A stretch of DNA of 64,000 bases from Planctomycetota bacterium (GCA_021413705.1 JAIOPX010000077.1:12026-76025), one strand, 5' to 3'; numbered from the stretch's first letter, positions 46,032-58,819 are shown. A program made the numbers and translations. Notes: a model not told the origin generated them from the letters alone.

Positions 46032-46802
46032 ATGTCGCTCCGAATTTGGCTCTGTGGTGTAATTGTGATGACCTTTTCGTTGATCGGAACCTGCGGCGCA
46101 GCCCAGGATCAGGCGATCATCAAGGGGCGATTTGTTTATGACGGTACGCCGCCCGTTCCGGAGAAACTTGCCCCAGATAAAGATAGGGAAGTTTGCGGCA
46201 AACACACGTTGGTGCGCGAACAAGTGACCGTGGGCAAAGATGGTGGGCTGGCCAATGTGGCCGTGTGGCTTTCCAGTAAAGGAATTTCTCCCGCCGCAGA
46301 CACGCCTGTGCCAGGAGCAGCGGTGATTGACAACAAGGACTGTCGTTTCGAGCCGCACGTCATCGTTCTCCGCACTGGCCAGCCGCTCGAACTCAAGAAC
46401 TCCGACCCTGTTGGCCACAATACGATGGCCAGTCCCCAAAGCAACCCAACCTTCAACGTCCTCATCCCTGCCAACGGCTCGCAGACGGTCAAGAGTTTGA
46501 CGCGATCCGAACGCATGCCATTCGAGGTCAAATGCAGTATCCATCCGTGGATGAATGCTTGGGTAGTGCTGCAGGACCATCCCTTTACGGCCGTGAGTGG
46601 CCCCGACGGCAGCTTTGAAATCAAGGGGCTCCCGGCAGGCAAGAAGCTGGAATTCCAGGTGTGGCAGGAAAAGGCTCGCTATTTGAAAAATGTCGACGTG
46701 GGAAGCACTAAGACTTCTGCCTTTGGCAGGTTTTCATTGACTCTCAAGCCGGGAGAGAACGATCTGGGTGCGATTAAGGTTTCGGCCAGCGCCTTCAAGT
46801 AG
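46032..46802 (+). CDS. secreted cupredoxin-like (type 1 copper-site-like) protein with a C-terminal beta-sandwich domain
   Basis: Signal peptide. DPVGHN...CSIHPWM supplies a His...Cys-x2-His-x2-Met ligand pattern. The C-terminal SGPDGSFEIKGLPAGK is carboxypeptidase-regulatory-like. Confidence 0.5.
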   Translation: MSLRIWLCGVIVMTFSLIGTCGAAQDQAIIKGRFVYDGTPPVPEKLAPDKDREVCGKHTLVREQVTVGKDGGLANVAVWLSSKGISPAADTPVPGAAVIDNKDCRFEPHVIVLRTGQPLELKNSDPVGHNTMASPQSNPTFNVLIPANGSQTVKSLTRSERMPFEVKCSIHPWMNAWVVLQDHPFTAVSGPDGSFEIKGLPAGKKLEFQVWQEKARYLKNVDVGSTKTSAFGRFSLTLKPGENDLGAIKVSASAFK

Positions 46803-47404
46803 CAATGGATCGCTGGTAGCTCCGACACGTTCGGAAGAAATCGCCGCGCCACGATATCCAAGATCTCCGAGAATTTCACGCCAACAATCTGACACACTAT
46901 TGGACCTATTGGACCCATGTGAATGCCATGGATGATGACACGCGAAGCCAACGCATCATCCGCGAAAGTGCTTGCCCGACAGCGGCTTGCCCACCCAAGT
47001 GTCCTCCAAGACCAACACTACTGACATGACAAACGGGTCGCCTTAAAATCCTGTGCGGTTCCATCCTCGTCCTGGAGTACGTTCAGTTGAACGGACCAAT
47101 GTTACCTGTAATGGTACCCACTATCTTTCTTGCGGGATCAGTGGCTCGGTGAGGGTCCGCGACGGGCGTGGCGTTTGAAAAGCGAGCCGCCACATCCGGG
47201 CTCTATTACGTTCCGTCACATTGACGTCACATCGGCCGAATGCAACTGGCCAACTGCGTAAGGACGAACCGACATTGGACACTTCCCGTCAAGTTGCAAC
47301 CCGCTTCGGCCACATCGCCACCGAACCCCCGCTATTTTCAACTCATCGGTTGCTGCGGGGGGCATGGACAAAAAACGCTTCATCTCCAAATCCACAAATA
47401 ATCA

Positions 47405-47440
47405 GGCCGCCCTGCCCGGGGTGGTGCGAACAGGGCGGCC
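47405..47440 (-). terminator. terminator hairpin downstream of the sigma-like gene
   Basis: GGCCGCCCTG (47405..47414) pairs perfectly with CAGGGCGGCC (47431..47440). A T-rich tract follows on the minus strand. Confidence 0.4.
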
Positions 47441-47462
47441 TTCGAAGGTAAGCAGTACAACG

Positions 47463-48095
47463 CTACGCCGCCTCGGGTGTGGGGTTATCGCCGACAAACC
47501 CTTCCCAGGCTTCCTTCAGTTCAGTGCGTAGCTGCGAAACGCGGCCAGGGCTCAGATGGAACTTCCGTGCGGTCTTCTGGGTGGTTTCCCCCGTGGCCAG
47601 AGTCGTGGCAACCTTTCGCTTCTGGCCTGACAAGCTGCGGAGCCAGGATGCAAAGTCGATTCTGCTCGCGGCCGTCTCCGCCGGCCCGGCAGTGCGATCC
47701 TCGATCAGCACTTCTGTCCAAGCCATTTCTTCGTCATCAAAGTAATCCAACCGATCTATGTGGACTCCCTTGTTCAACTGGCAGTGGACGGAAGTCACGT
47801 CACGAACATTGAGAGAACCTCCCAGGCGCCGACCGGCACGGACCTGTGCCACACCATAGCGAGCTAACGCCGAGGGGTAGGCTACTTGTTCCTTCTTCAA
47901 CTCCACCAGCCGGCGATAAGCGGCCATGGCATTGCAAATCACCTCCTGCACGGCCTCCGCGCGGGCTTCCGGGTCAAGCTGGCGAAATGAAACCGCGGCG
48001 TGACGGCGGATCAGCGGCAGCATGGCCAGAAATTTCTTGTGCCAGCGAGGAACGGAACGCTTCGACGACCGAATGGGCTTCGCAACCGCAATCAT
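47463..48095 (-). CDS. sigma-70 region-4-like / ECF-sigma-like DNA-binding protein
   Basis: ORF 47463..48170, likely start MIAVAKP at 48095. The C-terminal LSGQKRKVATTLATGETTQKTARKFHLSPGRVSQLRTEL resembles a sigma region 4 HTH. Confidence 0.45.
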   Translation of the reverse strand: MIAVAKPIRSSKRSVPRWHKKFLAMLPLIRRHAAVSFRQLDPEARAEAVQEVICNAMAAYRRLVELKKEQVAYPSALARYGVAQVRAGRRLGGSLNVRDVTSVHCQLNKGVHIDRLDYFDDEEMAWTEVLIEDRTAGPAETAASRIDFASWLRSLSGQKRKVATTLATGETTQKTARKFHLSPGRVSQLRTELKEAWEGFVGDNPTPEAA

Positions 48096-48494
48096 AGGGA
48101 CGATCTCCTGTGGGTAGAGACCGCCCCGGACGGGGGCGGTCATGTTTGGGAAAACACAACCGCCCCGCACAGCACGAGGCGAACGACGACAACAATCAAT
48201 GATGAGTCAGCGTGCGATCGGGCGTCGGGTGGATTCGCAGCACCTCGGGTCCACAGACATCTCCCCCATGAGCCGACCACAATCGGCAATCTCAGGACCG
48301 GCAGAGGCTACGATGGCCGGAAAACCGCAGTCGGAATGGACTATCGAAAGATTCGTCGTGTCCCTTCCGGCCGCAGTGGGAGATAAAATAAAGGGATGGG
48401 CCGAGTTCGGCCGGCTTGCGTATAGCAAACCGAAGGTCACCAAGCGGGATTTTCCCCAAAGCTGGGCGGTCTGCAAGCAACAAGGGTTGGTGGA

Positions 48495-49646
48495 ATGACG
48501 AGAGAACAAGAAGTTGATGCAATGATGCAAGAATTAGTTGCTAGCCGGCGGGTGCTTATCAACCCGGTTGGTATCCGGCCAGCGAGTGAAATGACAAGAG
48601 AACAAGAAGTTGATGCGTTTTTGAAAGACCTCTACGAGCGTCGGCGGATACTTCCTAATCCGCCTATGTTGTTCGACCAAGACAAATCCGAGAAGGCGTT
48701 CTGTCCCACGGGTCCTGGGGGTCGGGTGGATAACTCCTGTCCGCCAAAGGAGGCTAAAATGAACATGCGATTATCCTACGACGATCCCCTAACGGCAGTT
48801 TTTCTACGAACGCTGGCATGGGAACTGTACGTGGCTGACCGTAAACTACTCGTCAAGGAAATCGCTGAGAAGTTAGTGCAGACCGCCAGAGGAGATTTGG
48901 GCCTTCTGAAAAACAAGGGAGGTGCCCCCCACGCCTTTATTCAATCCCTACAAAAACCGGGGAAACAGGGGAAACAACTGCTGTCACGCGCCCCAATAAG
49001 ACCCTTGGAAAGGGGATGGCAAGACGCGTGGAGACTCCTGTATCTGCCAAGCCATCGATTCGTCAGGATGTTGTCGGACAACCCTGTCTGGACGCACCTG
49101 TCAGACAAAACAAAAAAAGCCGAGCCACTCCAGTTGTCGCTTTCACTTCGTACACCTGCTGCGCCAAAATTACTGGTCACGGTCGGAAGTGGCCCTCCAA
49201 CAAAATCCTTGCTGGATAAAGCACCATGCGGTCTCTACTTCTTACGCGAAACTGAAGGTCTTTACGTCGGGCAAAGCGATGAATTTGACGTGCGTTGGCG
49301 CCAGCACACAAAAAAGAATTTGAAGTGGTGGGTCTTTATTGCCCCCGAAGAGGAAAACACTCATTTCTACCGTGATGCATTGTATGCTGCTGAAGGGTTA
49401 TTGATATCCTTCTGGACCGAAATTTGCACCACAACGAACTGGAAGCGCAGCAAAGATAAGAAGCCCGCTTTCACTTTCCTTCAGCCTGCGATACTGCTCG
49501 TTGAGGCGGCTTCCGCTGCGATGATTTGGCTGATTCGGGAGAGAAGGGATCTTGGACTCAAACCATGGGAGCTGCCATTCAAGAGCTGTCGTGCCGACCA
49601 TTGGCCGAGCTGTTATTTAAGGCCGTTCAACGAGATGGTTGATTAA
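48495..49646 (+). CDS. GIY-YIG nuclease-domain protein with a duplicated N-terminus
   Basis: GLYFLRETEGLYVGQSDEFDVRWRQH...E is a GIY-YIG core. The N-terminal MTREQEVDA module occurs twice, at 48495 and 48591. Confidence 0.6.
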   Translation: MTREQEVDAMMQELVASRRVLINPVGIRPASEMTREQEVDAFLKDLYERRRILPNPPMLFDQDKSEKAFCPTGPGGRVDNSCPPKEAKMNMRLSYDDPLTAVFLRTLAWELYVADRKLLVKEIAEKLVQTARGDLGLLKNKGGAPHAFIQSLQKPGKQGKQLLSRAPIRPLERGWQDAWRLLYLPSHRFVRMLSDNPVWTHLSDKTKKAEPLQLSLSLRTPAAPKLLVTVGSGPPTKSLLDKAPCGLYFLRETEGLYVGQSDEFDVRWRQHTKKNLKWWVFIAPEEENTHFYRDALYAAEGLLISFWTEICTTTNWKRSKDKKPAFTFLQPAILLVEAASAAMIWLIRERRDLGLKPWELPFKSCRADHWPSCYLRPFNEMVD

Positions 49647-50348
49647 GACAACAGCAGGGACCCATGATGACCGCTGTTGAAGCCGGTGACCGACGAATTG
49701 TTCTTCAACTCGGACCAGGGGTACTCTTGCAGTAACCGGCCCAATCGGACCAGACCCGTTCCTGATGGGCCGATTGGGCCCATTTGCGTACACGGTGGAT
49801 GCTGTCCCCGGAAATCCTTGCTTGTACGCCCGCGGCCAATAGCAACGATGCCGAAGTTTGCCGCAGGTCGTGGAAGCGGATTCCCAAATGCTCGTTTAAC
49901 AGGGCTGCCAACCCAGAGATTCTCTGGCGCTCCACAGAACGAGTGCCGTGTGATGCGGTCGGCAACAAGACCGCGGAGGCGAGAATCAAGCCGCACCAGA
50001 CACCGAAATTGTCGGTCGGCAAAGCTAGGCGGCCGTACCAGGTGGTTATGCCGCAGTTGGCAGGAATCTTTAGGTCAACCTGTCACCGCCAGATTTTCAG
50101 CACGTCGCCAGTAATCGGGTGTGTACGTCACTTCGGACGATTATTAAGATGCTCGAACTGGCCATGAAGCACCTCGGGCTGATCGTGGCCGACCCGAAGC
50201 TGGCAAACCAGTACAATCTGAGTCTCGACGCCACGACCTCGGATAACTTCTTGGCCACCTTGCTGAAGCAAGTCGAGGAGACGCGCTCCAGGAACGTAAT
50301 CGATTCACGGACGATAGAAAGCCGGACCAATGGAACACTATGAGCCAT
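49643..50348 (-). pseudogene. frameshifted tyrosine recombinase
   Basis: IRFHDLRQTSASLLLAAGV (HxLR box) lies in frame 49705..50022. An N-terminal core-binding-like piece is in 50097..50348 and the C-terminal piece is in a third frame. At least two frameshifts. Confidence 0.55.
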
Positions 50349-52647
50349 CGCTTTCCGACCCGGTGAGCTTCTGGCCCTCTGCTATCCGGCCTTCAGCCTT
50401 ACCACTCTTTGCACCGTGTTCTTGCAGAATGCGTACAAGATTCTTGGGGGGATACGGAAATTGCTCCACCAGATCGAGCGGAGTTCGTCCCGTTCTGTCC
50501 CTCGCATTGACATCAGCACCGGTTGTTAGGAGATACTGTATGACCTCATCCCGTAGCCGGGGCCAAGCAGCTTTGTGCAAAGGAGTCTGTCCCCTGTTGT
50601 CTTTCACTTCAATATCCGCACCGTGGTCTACGAGCAGACGTGCGGTTTCTATCTGACCCCCTCCGGCCGCCCAATGCAAAGGCGTGCTACCACCCTTTTC
50701 GGCACGTAAGAGTCGCGGGTCCGACTTCAAATACTCTCGCACCGCTTCGCACATGCCTGATCCGGCGGCAATGTGAATATCGAGTGTGGCCCCTTGCGCA
50801 AGCAGAACATCAGCCGTATTCCGATTGCCTATTCTTGCCGCGACTTCTATCGGCGTTGCACTGTTAATATCTCTCTTTGCATTCACGTCCGCACCATATT
50901 TCAGCAGTAGTGCTACTATCGCTGCGACATTTGAACATCGCGCCGCTGCGTGAAGTGGAGTTTCACCATCGCTATCTTCCGCGTTGACGTCTGCTCCATG
51001 GGCGAGTAACTGTTCGATTACGCCTTTTTTTCCGACTTCCTTTTCAAAGGCAAGCGCCGCCGCCGCTTCGTGAAGCGGTGTTTTACCATCGCCATCCGCC
51101 GCTTTGACATCGGCTCCGTGGGTCAGCAATAGTTCAACCACGTCCTCTTTTGAGCCATTCGCCGCTTTGTGAAGTGGAGTTTCACCATCGCTATCTTCCG
51201 CGTTGACTTCGGCTCCATGGGCCAGCAACAGTTCGATCACGTCCTTTCTTGTCGCAAGATGCAGTGGCATAAAACCGTCGCAATCTTGAGCGTTAACCTC
51301 AACTCCATCGTTTAGCAGTTTTTGCACGAGGTCGGTTTGGTCGTGCTCAGCGGCAAAATGAAGTACTGTCTTTTCTTGGTCATCGATTGCGTGCGGATCT
51401 GCCCCCTTTGCGAGCAGCGTCCGAGCTGTTGCGTACGCGAATTGGGATAATGCGTGGTGGAGTGGAGTTCGACCAGTGGAGTCGCGTTTATCAACGTCTG
51501 CACCGTGGGCGATAAGAAGTTCCGCTATCTCGCTTAATTCGGTCTCGCCAATTGTGTCAGCAACATGCAGTGGAGTTCGACCGCTATTGTCGGTGCCATG
51601 TATATCGGCCCCGTGTGAAATTAAGAGATCGACAACGCCGGTCCTCCCGTTGGTAGCTGCCACATGCAGGAGAGTGCTACCGTCAGGAATTCGTGCGTTT
51701 GCCGTGCTGCCTTTGCTTAGATACTCCCTAACGATTTTGACGACGCCACCTTTAACTGCGGCGTGCAATAGCGTCGTTCCGTCGTCTGCCGTGATATGAA
51801 TGTCTGCTGCATTGGCGATCAGGAAGTCCATGACGTCTTCATGGCCATTAGCTGCCGCCGCCAGAAGAGGCGTCCATCCGAGGAGCGAGCGAGGTGGCTT
51901 GCCAAGATTATGTCGCCCATTCACTGAAGCGCCATGAGATAGCAGAATCTTGACGACCTCAATATGACCGCTAGAACATGCGAAGTATAAAGGTGAATAT
52001 CCATAGGTCGTTAATACATCCGGCCTCGCACCATGTTCAAGCAAAAACTTTACCACTTCTGCATGTCCGTGTTCCGACGCTTGGTGCAACGGCGATCGTT
52101 TCACATCGCGACGGCATGCGTTCACATCAACACCTGCTGCGAACGCCCTCTTCGCCAAATCCAGAAGTCCGCCCGTTGCTGCGCCGTAGAGGATTGTTTC
52201 TTGCGGTTGTGTTACGGCGGTCAGATTAGCCCCTTGTGCAACCAGGATGTCTACAACCTCTGCGTGTCCACACCATGCCGCCTCAAAGAGGGGAGTTTTC
52301 CCCGCAATGTTTGTAGGATCAACCGCAGCTCCATATTCCAGGAGTACTTGTGCGACGTTCGCATGGCCATGTTCCGCTGCAAAATGGAGAGGCACTTTTT
52401 CGTAACGTGCTTCTGCATGGACCTGGTTAGGGTTTGCGGCCAGAATTGCTCGAACGGAGTTAACGTCTCCCGCGCTGGCCGCCTCGTGGATGTCTCGTAT
52501 CAGCGCAGCCAAGCCGGTATTGGCCAATTTTTCCAAACGCGCCAGATCGGCAAGACCTCTCGATACGAGCGTAGCCGAACGCAGTGCGATTTCAGTTTTT
52601 GTCACAGGCACTATTGCGCGTCCATCGTTCGACCGGGATTCACTCAT
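50338..52647 (-). CDS. ankyrin-repeat protein (about 20 ANK repeats)
   Basis: Repeated G.TPLH.AA..GH...V..LL..GA.VN units throughout. The ATG at 52647 lies 6 nt after AGGAGG and overlaps the J-domain gene stop (ATGAGTGA). Confidence 0.9.
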   Translation of the reverse strand: MSESRSNDGRAIVPVTKTEIALRSATLVSRGLADLARLEKLANTGLAALIRDIHEAASAGDVNSVRAILAANPNQVHAEARYEKVPLHFAAEHGHANVAQVLLEYGAAVDPTNIAGKTPLFEAAWCGHAEVVDILVAQGANLTAVTQPQETILYGAATGGLLDLAKRAFAAGVDVNACRRDVKRSPLHQASEHGHAEVVKFLLEHGARPDVLTTYGYSPLYFACSSGHIEVVKILLSHGASVNGRHNLGKPPRSLLGWTPLLAAAANGHEDVMDFLIANAADIHITADDGTTLLHAAVKGGVVKIVREYLSKGSTANARIPDGSTLLHVAATNGRTGVVDLLISHGADIHGTDNSGRTPLHVADTIGETELSEIAELLIAHGADVDKRDSTGRTPLHHALSQFAYATARTLLAKGADPHAIDDQEKTVLHFAAEHDQTDLVQKLLNDGVEVNAQDCDGFMPLHLATRKDVIELLLAHGAEVNAEDSDGETPLHKAANGSKEDVVELLLTHGADVKAADGDGKTPLHEAAAALAFEKEVGKKGVIEQLLAHGADVNAEDSDGETPLHAAARCSNVAAIVALLLKYGADVNAKRDINSATPIEVAARIGNRNTADVLLAQGATLDIHIAAGSGMCEAVREYLKSDPRLLRAEKGGSTPLHWAAGGGQIETARLLVDHGADIEVKDNRGQTPLHKAAWPRLRDEVIQYLLTTGADVNARDRTGRTPLDLVEQFPYPPKNLVRILQEHGAKSGKAEGRIAEGQKLTGSESDGS

Positions 52648-53425
52648 GTCGCGCCTCCTTTTCGATCGCATTTAGATTATGTTTCGCAGTCTGTATGTCA
52701 CGGTCTAAGGTCGCAATCATTTCAGCCAATAGATCACGCCCTTGTTTCTGGGCTTCTTCCACTCGCGTTTTTAGTTGAAATAGCTCGCTGCTCCCGACCT
52801 CTGCAATTTCTGAGGTGATCTTTTCGATTCGCTTTCTGGCCTGGGAAATCCTACGAATCGTACGAACGAGTTCCGCCCCCACGTCGTCACCATCCACCTG
52901 ATCAGGACTCGACTGCCATTCACGCAGAATCTCAGCTACAGCGGCCTCATCACAATCCTCGAATGCCTGGTTGAGCCGCTGCATGGCCCTTTCCCGAAGA
53001 CGTCTGCCGGCCTCGTCGGTCGCTAGATCGGGATGGATACCCTTAGCGGCATCGCGATAGAGCTTCTTTAGCCGTTCAGTTGGTGTAAAGGCGTGATCAG
53101 CCGCGCTCGCGTCCATGCCACGAGTGGCTGCCTCAGCGTCGTCCGCAGCCCGCCGAGCTTCAAACGCTGCGTCCTGGGCAGCACGGTCGCCGGGGTGCCG
53201 GCGTGCGTGAACAGCGGCGATTAAGGCATTCAGATTATCTAGTTCGGCATACCGACGACCCACCGTAGCGTAATATCGCTGCCCAAACGAATGCACCTCA
53301 GCATTGAGAGTTGCAATCTCAAGTTCACGTCGGCAAAGTTCTTCTTGCAGCTTTGACAGCTCATCTCGCTTACATGCCAGTTCCTCTTCTTCGGGTGCCG
53401 GGGCTGGACGTAGTGAAGATGTCAT
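52640..53425 (-). CDS. J-domain (DnaJ-like) coiled-coil protein
   Basis: LKKLYRDAAKGIHPDLATDEAGRRLRERAMQRLNQAFEDCD contains the HPD tripeptide. Coiled-coil-like regions flank it. Confidence 0.8.
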   Translation of the reverse strand: MTSSLRPAPAPEEEELACKRDELSKLQEELCRRELEIATLNAEVHSFGQRYYATVGRRYAELDNLNALIAAVHARRHPGDRAAQDAAFEARRAADDAEAATRGMDASAADHAFTPTERLKKLYRDAAKGIHPDLATDEAGRRLRERAMQRLNQAFEDCDEAAVAEILREWQSSPDQVDGDDVGAELVRTIRRISQARKRIEKITSEIAEVGSSELFQLKTRVEEAQKQGRDLLAEMIATLDRDIQTAKHNLNAIEKEARHE

Positions 53426-53531
53426 TTTAGTCCTCTCAAACCAAGCTGGACGAACCGGTTCCTACATCACGTGTTGACAGTCCGCACGGCTGCCTCCGCT
53501 GTCCCGCGAAGACGGGACCCACTCAACAACC

Positions 53532-56657
<3,126 letters not shown>

Positions 56658-56666
56658 ACTTTGCCC

Positions 56667-57677
56667 CTAATTCAAGGCAGCTTCGGAAGGTATTGCGGTC
56701 AACGTCTTGACACGCTTCGCAAATACGGCCGTAAACTTCTCCAAATTCTTCAAAAGCCACTCGTGGTACGCGGGCCACTCGGCACGGTCGTCGAAGTTCG
56801 CGGATCTCTTCACGTAGATTTTGCTTTGCTTCTTGTTTGGCGTTTCTGCCCAAATGAGAGGCCCGTCGAAGTTTGCTTCAATCACTGCTTTTGAAACCTC
56901 TAATTGCCCAAAGTAGTTTTTCGCGAACTCATCCGATAGGACGAGTTCAACGCGCAACTGGTGGCTATCAGGAGTCGCAGATTCGGTATCCTGTGTTGCC
57001 GCAATTGCCACGAGGGCGAACCCGCTTCTGCCGATGGAAACGGTCATCCACGCTTGCGGCAATGGCTTGGTCGGCTTGACGACCGAGCCACGGTCCAACA
57101 CAAACTCTCTAAAACTCGTCCAAAACTCAAACTGTAACTGTTTAGCGCCAGTAAGTTCTCCCTGTTCAACATTCTTCTTGACTTGCGTTACCGTCTGCGT
57201 CCAGTTGTTGGGGGCGCAGGCGAGGTTGAACTTGGGTGCTGCGGCCGACTCTCCAATCTTCCAAACCTCAACTTCCAGTCCGAAGAAATTAAAGTCCCCA
57301 GTCGTGATCTCGTTGAGCCAATCCACGGCTGCTCGATGTTCGTCTGTAAAACGGCTGGCAATCCAAATGATCGTGACGGCCTTCAATCCTGCGGCGTAAG
57401 TAATAAGCTGCCCAAGATGGCAGTGATCCGTTCGTTCGAGTTGATTCTCGACTAGTACCCAGTTTCCGGTGATGGTGTCCTTGCAAAGAATGTCCGCGCG
57501 AAACGGCCCCACATCTTTCTCCTGGGCCTCCACCTCCAGTTCCAAGCCAATAGTGTCTCCTAGTAGTTGGATGTTGGCTTCCTCGGCAAGCCAAGGCGTA
57601 AAGTCATTGGCCTCATTCGTCCACACCCCGCGTATATCGACTTTTTCGAGTTGGCTCAGCGAGATAGAGGTTGGCAT
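56667..57677 (-). CDS. PD-(D/E)xK-like nuclease / DUF4268-like protein
   Basis: Start is MPTSISL at 57677. GPFRADILCKD...WVLVENQLERTDHCHLGQLITYAAG is a D...E.Q restriction-endonuclease-fold core. It ends 9 nt before hsdR. Confidence 0.55.
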   Translation of the reverse strand: MPTSISLSQLEKVDIRGVWTNEANDFTPWLAEEANIQLLGDTIGLELEVEAQEKDVGPFRADILCKDTITGNWVLVENQLERTDHCHLGQLITYAAGLKAVTIIWIASRFTDEHRAAVDWLNEITTGDFNFFGLEVEVWKIGESAAAPKFNLACAPNNWTQTVTQVKKNVEQGELTGAKQLQFEFWTSFREFVLDRGSVVKPTKPLPQAWMTVSIGRSGFALVAIAATQDTESATPDSHQLRVELVLSDEFAKNYFGQLEVSKAVIEANFDGPLIWAETPNKKQSKIYVKRSANFDDRAEWPAYHEWLLKNLEKFTAVFAKRVKTLTAIPSEAALN

Positions 57678-57808
57678 AATCACTAGACCCTTTGCAAAAG
57701 TAATCGATAGGCGATGCAGTGAGAAAGTTCTGCGCTCGGCAGCTTCGGCCACCGTGCGTTCTCTAGGGTGGGAAGTGTGGGATACAGGTCAGATTCTCTT
57801 GACTGTTG

Positions 57809-58321
57809 TCATGGTTTGCTAATTTTGCTCCATCGAGAAATGACGGCCTCGCGCCATCCCCGGATCATCCGGACGAACTCCTCAGTAAGTTGCTCATCCA
57901 TCTCTTCCTGTTTTACGTCGAAGTCGGTCATGATTGGCAGCGTGAAGCGATCTGCCCATTCGAGGTAAGATTCAATCAATCCTCGGGCGTGTGACTCGTC
58001 TTCCTCCCCACCATCGAACACAACCCACTGAAATCCCTCCGGCCAACTAGACTGCATTGCGCTGAATTGGGCATCGCCCAGCGATTCCAGCTCCGATTGG
58101 CATGGCAGGCAGTGATAGAGCTGCCCGTCTATCCAATTGGATTGAATATCACCGCTCACATCCTCATTCGCGCTAGGTTGAAGATCAGAATCTAGCGGGC
58201 GACTGAGTAAAAGGCGGCATCCCACGACGGGCAACAACGCACAACGCGCAGACTTGTCCGCCAGCCCGCACAAACGGACCAGCAATTCAGCACCTGTGGA
58301 ATCTGCCGTGGGTTCAAGCAT
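57809..58321 (-). CDS. hypothetical protein with an acidic C-terminal half
   Basis: ORF 57809..58354, likely start MLEPT at 58321, which overlaps the stop of the hsdS remnant (ATGCTTGA). The C-terminal region is D/E-rich. Confidence 0.45.
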   Translation of the reverse strand: MLEPTADSTGAELLVRLCGLADKSARCALLPVVGCRLLLSRPLDSDLQPSANEDVSGDIQSNWIDGQLYHCLPCQSELESLGDAQFSAMQSSWPEGFQWVVFDGGEEDESHARGLIESYLEWADRFTLPIMTDFDVKQEEMDEQLTEEFVRMIRGWREAVISRWSKISKP

Positions 58322-58424
58322 GGTTCTTGGCGGCCTCTGTCTCACGCAACTCACCGCTCAGCAGCTTCGGCAGCAGCGAGTCAGGTAGGGCGGGGTCTTC
58401 GACGAATGATTGGTTGAGCATCAT
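58314..58424 (-). pseudogene. remnant of an hsdS 3' end (36 codons)
   Basis: It encodes [36 protein letters not shown]. Bases 58347..58378 match the intact hsdS tail 58858..58889 at 31 of 32 positions. Confidence 0.55.
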
Positions 58425-58435
58425 GGAAATGTGCT

Positions 58436-58819
58436 TTATCCTGAAACGCCAAGCATGAATCGGATCAGGCTTTGGGCCAGTTGTTCATCGACGCAATTGT
58501 CAAAACGCCCGTTGGCGGGGTCAGCGCCGAATTCCGCCAACACTTTCTGAGGAACGTCTGTGATTTTGGGAAGCACCAACTCCACTTTCACCTGAAATGG
58601 AAACTTGCCACCCCAAATCTTGGGCACAAGGTTTCGCCCCCCATCGGAGGTCGCCTTCCATAACCCCAGCAGGCCCCCGATCTCGTAGTGGTGCAGCAGG
58701 CAGTAGTCACCTTGTTTGATCTCCAGCGGCCAAGGCTTGTTGGAGCCGAATAGCTTTTTCTCGACACAGTCGAGGTAGGTTCCGCTACTGCATTCAAAGA
58801 TGTAGGTCTTCAAAGTCAT
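58436..58819 (-). CDS. DCD/EVE-like (PUA-fold) domain protein
   Basis: YIFECSSGTYLDCVEKKLFG...GDYCLLHHY..GGLLGLWKATSDGGRNLVP..WGGKFPFQVKV matches the DCD domain blocks (IF.C...T..eC....FG; G.f.A.SdG..n; fP.QV) as I recall them. Confidence 0.5.
   Translation of the reverse strand: MTLKTYIFECSSGTYLDCVEKKLFGSNKPWPLEIKQGDYCLLHHYEIGGLLGLWKATSDGGRNLVPKIWGGKFPFQVKVELVLPKITDVPQKVLAEFGADPANGRFDNCVDEQLAQSLIRFMLGVSG

Noticed and set aside
24900-46800. Interpreting the island as an anammox gene set
   Set aside because: HAO-like, Nxr-like and bc-complex genes are present, but no hydrazine synthase or hydrazine dehydrogenase context is visible in this window. qNOR, NsrR and YtfE point to NO handling. I make no anammox claim.
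50119-50343. 74-aa plus-strand ORF that looks mildly protein-like
   Set aside because: It overlaps the minus-strand N-terminal fragment of the integrase pseudogene and has no start context or motif, so the support is insufficient.
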